DNA from: Thermoanaerobaculia bacterium
GTDB taxonomy: Bacteria > Acidobacteriota > Thermoanaerobaculia > Multivoradales > Multivoraceae
Assembly: GCA_963664405.1 (NCBI GenBank)
Contig: OY761158.1
Location: 1,120,001-1,184,000, forward strand
Reading direction: 5' to 3'
Length of the DNA: 64,000 nucleotides
Positions 58,062 through 64,000 of the stretch are shown one piece after another. The notes beneath the pieces were generated by a model that did no database searches, was not told where the DNA came from, and saw only the letters and a program-made list of their open reading frames with translations. The position numbers and the translations under genes were made by a program. The first letter of the stretch is position 1, and each line of letters begins with the position of its first letter.

Positions 58062-58628
58062 TCAATCGTGCGGAGCCGTCGGCGGATCGAGCCCATTCAA
58101 ACGCAGGTAAACGGTCATCCTGCCGTAATGATGCGAGATGTGGGCCGTGTTCTGCCACAGCAGACCTACGCGGGTATTCAAAGGGCCACGCCCCCCGGGG
58201 AAGAAGTCATTAGCGTTGGCGCCATCGAGCGCACCGTAGGCCTCTTCACACGCGGCACGCCCACGCTCGAGCGCGGCCAGGAGCTCGGTCTTCGAGGCAT
58301 TTCCCGCGATTCTCGACGGTCGCTCTTTGCCCATCAGCATCGTACACATCCCTATTGCCGAGTCGGCGGCATGAGCCACCACGTCGCGGAAGCTCTGCCC
58401 CTCCGGCGTCGGCTTCGAGTGGTAGTGCTCCTCCGGCATGAGGCCGGCAGTGGTGATGATGTGGTTCATAGCGAAGTGCCATCTCATGCGGGCGTGGTCG
58501 AGGGCGCTCAGCGCGTCGCCCCGAGCCTGGCTGGCTTTCGACGCCGCTTTGACTTCCGCTACTCGGTTCGACTGCGCGAGCGCGGGAAGCGTCCCCAGCA
58601 GTACCAGCGCCACGAATAAATTCCGCAT
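58062..58628 (-). CDS. exported DinB-family protein
   Basis: GGAGG RBS; signal peptide; MPEE.Y..KPT...SF..V.H and H..HHYG.M.VYLRL.G..PP. Confidence 0.85.
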   Translation of the reverse strand: MRNLFVALVLLGTLPALAQSNRVAEVKAASKASQARGDALSALDHARMRWHFAMNHIITTAGLMPEEHYHSKPTPEGQSFRDVVAHAADSAIGMCTMLMGKERPSRIAGNASKTELLAALERGRAACEEAYGALDGANANDFFPGGRGPLNTRVGLLWQNTAHISHHYGRMTVYLRLNGLDPPTAPHD

Positions 58629-58676
58629 CTTCTTTCTCCTCCCTGGTCTAACTAGGGTCGAGCTCTAATTTTGATC

Positions 58677-58910
58677 ATGCCACAGCTGCACGTCTATGTA
58701 CCCGACTCACTTGCCAAAGAGGCTCGTCGACTTGCCGAAGCGGAGGGGTTGAGCGTTTCGAGCTACCTGGCTCGACTTCTGGCTCGAGAGCTGGGGCCAG
58801 GTTGGCCGGAGGGATACTTCGAGCGAGTCGTTGGGGCGTGGAAAGGCGACGCGCTCGAGCGCGCGCCACAGGGGAAATTCGAAGATCGAGAGTCCCTACG
58901 CGAGGGCTGA
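58677..58910 (+). CDS. vapB: VapB-like antitoxin (RHH type)
   Basis: MPQLHVYVPD.LA....LA..EGLSVSSYLA.L, WP.GYF..V.G.W and LER.PQG..E.RE; directly upstream of a PIN remnant. Confidence 0.7.
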   Translation: MPQLHVYVPDSLAKEARRLAEAEGLSVSSYLARLLARELGPGWPEGYFERVVGAWKGDALERAPQGKFEDRESLREG

Positions 58911-58918
58911 GGGCTTCG

Positions 58919-59077
58919 ATGAAGTTTCTTCTCGACACCAACGCCTGCATCACCCTCCTCAATGGGGCCTCGCAGAGTTTGGTAGAGAGGGTGCGGGAGC
59001 ATCATCCAGTCCTCACAGCCAACCTTCGGGAGTTCCGGAGAGTCGTGGCTCTTCGTGTGGAAAACTGGCAGAGTTGA
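58919..59077 (+). pseudogene. vapC: VapC (PIN) toxin with in-frame internal deletion
   Basis: MKFLLDTNACI...HHP joined directly to VLTANLREFRRV..L.VENW; only 52 aa. Confidence 0.85.
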
Positions 59078-59126
59078 CCTTCTGTTCGGCCGTGAGGCCT
59101 CGAATCGGGACAGGAGGGAGAAGCAG

Positions 59127-60653
59127 ATGATAACGAAGAAGTGGATCTTGCTCGTCTCCGTCTGTTTCGCCACCGTCGTAGCGGGGACTAGCGGAGCGGC
59201 CGCCCAAGACAAGCCGCCAAACATCGTCATCCTCCTGGTCGACGATCTCGGCTGGCGCGACGTCAGCTTCAACGGCGGGGTGATCGCCACTCCCAATATC
59301 GACAGGATTGCCGACGAAGGCGTGCGTCTCAATCGTTTCTATGTCGCTCCGGTCTGCGGTCCGACGCGGGCGGGGCTGATGACCGGCCGCTATCCCATCC
59401 GCTACGGGATGATGCGGGGGGTGGTCATGGGATACCACGACTTCGGTCTCGACCCCGAGGCGACGATCATTCCTCAGGTGCTGGCAACGGCCGGATACGA
59501 GCAGCGCGGGATCTTCGGCAAGTGGCACCTCGGCGAGTCTCGGGCAGCCTACCGCCCGATGCAACGCGGCTTCACCCACTTTATCGGCCACGTCGGCTCC
59601 CATATCGATTACTTCACTCACGAGGTCTTCGGCGAGGTCGATTGGTTTCACGGCAACGAATCCAAGGATGAGCCTGGTTACAGCACCGACCTCATCGCTG
59701 ACCACGCGGTGCAATTCCTGGAAGATCACGCGGGAGGCGATGCGCCTTTCTTTCTCTACGTTCCCTTCAACGCACCGCACTCGCCCTACCAGGCCAAGAG
59801 TGTGGATCTGCCTCGCTACGGCGATCTCGAAGGGATCTCGATCGAAACGGAGCTCGGTCCGGACATCCCTCCGGACAAGTACGAATGGATCGGCGGCCAT
59901 GCATCGAGACGAGAGCGATTTGAAGATCCCGCAGGCATGTTGAATAACAGACGCATCACCGGCGCCATGATCCATGCCCTCGACCAGGGCATCCGTCGCA
60001 TCCTCGACACCTTAGAGGAGTCGGGAGTCGACGAGAACACCTTGGTCTGGTTCATGAGCGACAACGGCGGAGCTTCTCTAGCCGCGGACAACCGACCCTT
60101 TCGCGGCGCCAAGGGCTCGGTCTTCGAGGGCGGGATCCGAGTGGCGGCGGCCGCGCGCTGGCCGGCCGGAGGGGTGGCGGGAGGCAAGGCCGTAGACGCC
60201 GCCTTGAACTATCTCGACGTGCTGCCGACCTTGATGACGGTGGCGGGTCTGGATGAGGGGCCTGAGCTCGCTCTCGATGGAATGAATGTACTGCCGGCTC
60301 TCAAGGGGGAGCCCTTTCCGGTAGAGCGCGAGTACTACTCCTACTGCGGTCAGCTCGACGAAAACCGCGAGCATGTGACCGCCATGGACGGAGACTGGAA
60401 GTTGATCGTCATCGGTCCGCCGTTGACCGAGCGTAGAGTCTTCGGGCGATCCGAGCTCTTTCTCTTCGATCTGGCGAAAGACCCGGGGGAACGCGACAAT
60501 TTGGTCAAACAGCACCCCGAGATCGTGGCGCGACTGTCCGATCAGGCCCTCGCTTTCCGAGCCCTACAGCCGGAGAAGCCTGTTCCGCTGTTCGCGACTG
60601 ACCGAGAGGGGTTTGTGGCGCCCCACCGCTGGGAGCTGCCCCGAGCTCGCTAG
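59127..60653 (+). CDS. arylsulfatase B-like sulfatase
   Basis: GGAGGGAG RBS; signal peptide; PNIVILLVDDLGW, CGPTR, GKWHLG and SDNGG. Confidence 0.93.
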   Translation: MITKKWILLVSVCFATVVAGTSGAAAQDKPPNIVILLVDDLGWRDVSFNGGVIATPNIDRIADEGVRLNRFYVAPVCGPTRAGLMTGRYPIRYGMMRGVVMGYHDFGLDPEATIIPQVLATAGYEQRGIFGKWHLGESRAAYRPMQRGFTHFIGHVGSHIDYFTHEVFGEVDWFHGNESKDEPGYSTDLIADHAVQFLEDHAGGDAPFFLYVPFNAPHSPYQAKSVDLPRYGDLEGISIETELGPDIPPDKYEWIGGHASRRERFEDPAGMLNNRRITGAMIHALDQGIRRILDTLEESGVDENTLVWFMSDNGGASLAADNRPFRGAKGSVFEGGIRVAAAARWPAGGVAGGKAVDAALNYLDVLPTLMTVAGLDEGPELALDGMNVLPALKGEPFPVEREYYSYCGQLDENREHVTAMDGDWKLIVIGPPLTERRVFGRSELFLFDLAKDPGERDNLVKQHPEIVARLSDQALAFRALQPEKPVPLFATDREGFVAPHRWELPRAR

Positions 60654-60678
60654 CCCTGTTGCTGTCGGGCGAACCTCC

Positions 60679-61518
60679 TCAGTCCCGGCCGGCCTCCATG
60701 TCAGGCTCCGTGCCTGCGACGTCGATGGCCGTGGCCGGATTTGGATCATCCCGGGGATCCATCAGGAGACCGCCTTTCATACTCGCGCGGAAGGGTGTGG
60801 CTACAGTATCCAGACACAGGTGTTCGTAGTTGTCGCGGTCGCCGAGGTTGCCAACGGCAATAGGCACCACGTCTCCGGTCGTCGTTGCGACGGAATATCC
60901 AAGGCGATGGTCGTCGGAGGTGACGCCGGGCATCGGACGCACGCCACCGGCCCAGACCACAACGACGATCTGCTTCGTCTCTGGCGGACAATCGTTCTCG
61001 ATCTGCACGGGATGGGTGGCAAACGCCAACGCGAGAGAAGGTCCGTCCGCGAGGGGTGTCACCGGCACCGACATACCCCGCGCGTCGGCATCGCCGGCTA
61101 CGGTCAGTTGGCCTGTGATCTCGACCATGACGGGAGGGTCGTCTGGCTCATCCCCGAACTCTCCGATGAGCAAAACGGTGTGCCGCTCAGCTGCTTCAGT
61201 TGCCGGGCGAGTGGTGGCACGTAGAGGATGGAGTCGCGCCCCTGAGCGCGTGACAACCGTGAACGAATTCGGATCAATCGGCTCCTCGACTCTTCGGGAG
61301 AAGATCACCGGCATCCCATCCATGTCAGACGGTAACGCGTTATCCAGGCCGAAGAATGCGCTGACCATACGCAAGGGTTGCTCATCCAGCGTGGTTCGTT
61401 CACCCACCTGGGTGGGCTTGGGCTCTTCTCCTGTTGAAAACGCCCCCAGCGTCAACGCGACAAGGCCCAAAGCCGCGTGGCAGACACCGATGGCCCGGCT
61501 ACGACTGTTGTTCTTCAT
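60679..61518 (-). CDS. conserved exported hypothetical protein
   Basis: Signal-like leader; SAFFGLDNALP, DGMPV.FS, E..TVLLIGEFG, WAGGV and D.DN..LCLD. Confidence 0.7.
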   Translation of the reverse strand: MKNNSRSRAIGVCHAALGLVALTLGAFSTGEEPKPTQVGERTTLDEQPLRMVSAFFGLDNALPSDMDGMPVIFSRRVEEPIDPNSFTVVTRSGARLHPLRATTRPATEAAERHTVLLIGEFGDEPDDPPVMVEITGQLTVAGDADARGMSVPVTPLADGPSLALAFATHPVQIENDCPPETKQIVVVVWAGGVRPMPGVTSDDHRLGYSVATTTGDVVPIAVGNLGDRDNYEHLCLDTVATPFRASMKGGLLMDPRDDPNPATAIDVAGTEPDMEAGRD

Positions 61519-61519
61519 C

Positions 61520-61640
61520 CACGCTCGCACGACGATGCCGATCGGGTCTGCCCGCTGATGGCTTGCTGAGCACGGTGTTCACGTTCGGTACGACGAGCGT
61601 ATCAGTCCCGGCTTTAAGTGGTCCGACGAGATTGCGCGCC
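61520..61640 (+). pseudogene. decayed TIR-domain N-terminal remnant
   Basis: Manual translation across a frameshift: SHDDADRVCPLM / WLAEHGVHVRYDERISPGFKWSDEIAR, matching the TIR_2 pattern SH.D...V....L...G..VW.D..I.PG..W...I. Confidence 0.55.
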
Positions 61641-61831
61641 GAGAGGCCCTCAATGCAGTCATCAGGTGCAGGGTTGATCGGCAGAATCGGCAGAGCCCGA
61701 CTCGCGCGCCACGAAGCGCGGCCCCTCACTCTACCCGCTTGTACATGCCGAATAGCCCTGCACCTACTCACATCCGCGGCTCTTTCGGCTCATGCCCTCG
61801 AAATCGCCAAGCGAAAGAAGTAGAGTTACTC

Positions 61832-63211
61832 ATGGCACCAAACCTACCGACTCGACTCATCCCCCCGCTCGGACTCGCGATCCTGGCAGCCTGTGGCGGT
61901 GGCCCTACTCCTGACAGCGCACGCGCGGAGCCCGCCGGACTGGCCATCGTCGGAGCTCAGCTCATCGACGGCAGCGGCGGGGCGCCGATCGCCGACTCGG
62001 TCGTCTTGGTTCGCGACGGGCGCATCCACGCCGCCGGCCCGCGCGACACCACCGAGATCCCGGAAGGCGCAGAGGTCGTTGACGCCACCGGAAAAACGAT
62101 CATCCCCGGGCTGGTAGACCTGCACGCCCACTATCGCGACCCGCGATCGGCGGCAGAGCAGGCGCTCAGGTCGCAGCTCTACTACGGCGTGACCACCACC
62201 CGCAGCGTCGGCAGTGACAGCGCGGAAAGCGTGGCGCTGCTGCTCGAGGCACATGCTGGGCGTCCCGACCTGCCCAGGGCATTCACCGCCGGGCTCGGCT
62301 TTTCCTACCCCGAGGGCTTCAACTCGGGCTCCACCAACACCCCCACCACCGAGGAGGAGGCGCGGGCGATGGTGCGGGAGCAGGCGGCGCTCGGCATCCA
62401 CTTCACCAAGATGTGGATCAACGCAGTAGCGGAGCCGAACCGGAAGATCCCGCCGGAGATCCGGGCGGCCATCGTCGACGAATCGATCAAGAACGGGCTC
62501 ATCCCGATCGCGCACATCAACGAAGAGTCCGATGGCCTCCAGCTCCTCGAGGTCGGCCTCAACGAGTTCCTTCACAGCACGGTGCGCACCTTCGGTCCCG
62601 GGGCCGGCGTGCCGATGGACGACCCGGAGCCCAGCCAGGCGTTCCTCGACCTGTGTCTGGAGAAGGACTGCGGCTTCGCGCCGACCCTGTCCGTCAGCCA
62701 GAACGCCTGGCACTTCGCCGAACATCCCGAGCTGCTGGACGACCCGCAGCTGCGGGCGGTGATGAACCCGGCCGCACTGGAGCGCTTCAGCGACCCGGAG
62801 ACGCGGGCGAGCATCGTCGAGGCGGAAGGCTTCGAGGACCGCAAGGCCGCCTTCCGGCAGCTCCAGGACTTCGTGAAGACGGTCCACGACGCCGGCATCG
62901 AGGTGGCGCTTGGCACCGACAGCGGCACCGGCAACGTGCCGATGGGTTGGGGCACCCACCACGAGCTCGAGCTCTACATCGAGGCGGGCCTCACCCCCAT
63001 GGAAACGCTCGTCGCGGCCACCGCCACCGGGGCCGGCCGAATGCCGCCGGTGGGCGAAGCGGACTTCGGGACCCTCACCGCCGGCAAGAGCGCCGACCTG
63101 ATCGTGCTCAACGCCGACCCGCTGACCGACATCCGCAACACGCTCGAGATCGACCGGGTGATGCTGCGCGGTGAATGGGTGGACCGCGACGCGCTGTTGC
63201 CGTCGCCATAG
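61832..63211 (+). CDS. amidohydrolase-family lipoprotein (imidazolonepropionase-like fold)
   Basis: LAAC lipobox; DATGKTIIPGLVDLHAH, YGVTT, ALGTDSG and G.L.AGK.ADLIVL.ADPL.DI. Confidence 0.9.
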   Translation: MAPNLPTRLIPPLGLAILAACGGGPTPDSARAEPAGLAIVGAQLIDGSGGAPIADSVVLVRDGRIHAAGPRDTTEIPEGAEVVDATGKTIIPGLVDLHAHYRDPRSAAEQALRSQLYYGVTTTRSVGSDSAESVALLLEAHAGRPDLPRAFTAGLGFSYPEGFNSGSTNTPTTEEEARAMVREQAALGIHFTKMWINAVAEPNRKIPPEIRAAIVDESIKNGLIPIAHINEESDGLQLLEVGLNEFLHSTVRTFGPGAGVPMDDPEPSQAFLDLCLEKDCGFAPTLSVSQNAWHFAEHPELLDDPQLRAVMNPAALERFSDPETRASIVEAEGFEDRKAAFRQLQDFVKTVHDAGIEVALGTDSGTGNVPMGWGTHHELELYIEAGLTPMETLVAATATGAGRMPPVGEADFGTLTAGKSADLIVLNADPLTDIRNTLEIDRVMLRGEWVDRDALLPSP

Positions 63212-63255
63212 GCTCACGACCAGTCAGTGCACAGGTGCTCTCGACACTCGGTTTG

Positions 63256-64000
63256 ATGACTTCGGCAGGCGACCCGCTCACGGAAGCGACCGACCCGAGC
63301 CTGAAAAGAGCGGCACGGTTCGCGCTCGGGGGCGCGGTCTGCGCCCTGGTACCGATTCCGCTGCTCGACGATCTCCTGCTCGCGCGAACACGGCGTCGGC
63401 TGGTCAGGGAGGTGGCAAAGAGCTGTAGCGTCTGTCTGACTCGAGACCAGGTGTACATACTTGCCGAGTCGCCTCGCAAGGGTTTCTGGGGGTGCGGCGC
63501 AGGGGTTCTCTTCTCCATCTTCGTGCGACTGCCACTCAAGCTGCTGCGACGGATCTTGCGCACAGTCCTCTTCTTTCTTGCCGCTCGCGATGCAAGCGCG
63601 AAAGCGACAAAGATGTTTCACGAGAGCTACCTTCTCGAGCTTGGTATCGGAGAACTGAGGAAGGAGAGTCGAGGCGGCCCGATCACAGAGGATCGCGCCG
63701 TGCTGCTACGAACGGCGATCAGCGCAACGTGGAACGAGATCGACCCGAGCCCCATCCGACAAACGGTCTCAAAGGTCCTCCAGAGTAGCCTCTCGGGCCT
63801 ACGTGGTGCGGGGCGCTCACTCTCACGAGCGACTCGAAGGCGGGGGCGGAGCGAAGAGCCGCCAATGACAGAGTCCGCCTCCGGAGAAGAGACCAAGCCG
63901 ATTCTCGATCGCCTCATTCGCGCTCTCTCGGTAGAAGCCGAGTACGTCGCGGAGCTCGGGCGCGTCTTCCAAAGCAAATGGAGCGCGACCGACGAGAGCC
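63256..64000 (+). CDS. hypothetical membrane-associated protein, runs off the window end
   Basis: Absent from the ORF track, consistent with no stop in the window. Manual translation MTSAGDPLTE...ALVPIPLLDDLL...LPLKLLRRILRTVLFFLA; DUF697-like VPIP.LD motif. Confidence 0.65.
   Translation, partial: MTSAGDPLTEATDPSLKRAARFALGGAVCALVPIPLLDDLLLARTRRRLVREVAKSCSVCLTRDQVYILAESPRKGFWGCGAGVLFSIFVRLPLKLLRRILRTVLFFLAARDASAKATKMFHESYLLELGIGELRKESRGGPITEDRAVLLRTAISATWNEIDPSPIRQTVSKVLQSSLSGLRGAGRSLSRATRRRGRSEEPPMTESASGEETKPILDRLIRALSVEAEYVAELGRVFQSKWSATDES

Noticed and set aside
51030-63217. Long ORFs 51030-52361(+), 57240-58619(+) and 61844-63217(-)
   Set aside because: Each is antisense to well-supported genes and has no family motifs.
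1-64000. CRISPR array, tRNA, rRNA, cobalamin riboswitch near rdhA, anti-phage kinase system
   Set aside because: No spaced direct repeats, cloverleafs or B12-box were recognised by eye, and the kinases lack neighbouring defence genes (methylases, nucleases, ATPases). Covariance searches were not run.

Overview
GC-rich bacterial window. The gene repertoire (DUF1592/DUF1552 pair, many Hanks-type kinases, sulfatases, DUF3604, DUF3500, PQQ enzyme) resembles Acidobacteriota from marine habitats; that assignment is inference. No rRNA, tRNA or CRISPR array was recognised. Main blocks: (1) 1-12.9 kb: thiolase end, PQQ dehydrogenase, deleted epimerase, a coupled pair of corrinoid/2x[4Fe-4S] proteins (Tat-less RdhA plus a QueG/RdhA-like paralogue), DUF1592-DUF1552, a decapitated LysR and an ankyrin protein. 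(2) 12.9-30.7 kb: a signalling neighbourhood with a kinase fused to a LivJ-type periplasmic binding domain, a coiled-coil kinase, a pseudokinase, an FHA-GAF-class III cyclase, a frameshifted lipoprotein phosphoesterase and a third canonical kinase. It is interrupted by a complete ISAzo13-family IS and a 657-bp transposase-less IS21-like mini-element. (3) 30.8-41.9 kb: an operon of four stand-alone sulfatases, a BNR/sialidase-like-sulfatase fusion and a Kelch(NanM-like)-sodium:solute symporter fusion. (4) 42-64 kb: mostly exported catabolic enzymes (three more sulfatases, amidohydrolases, AKR, VOC, DinB), a CTAG-flanked MITE, an internally deleted vapC and several gene remnants. The best candidates for undescribed systems are the RdhA tandem, the kinase/pseudokinase/cyclase cluster and the sulfatase-BNR-mutarotase/transporter operon. 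All calls come from motif recognition only; no searches were run.
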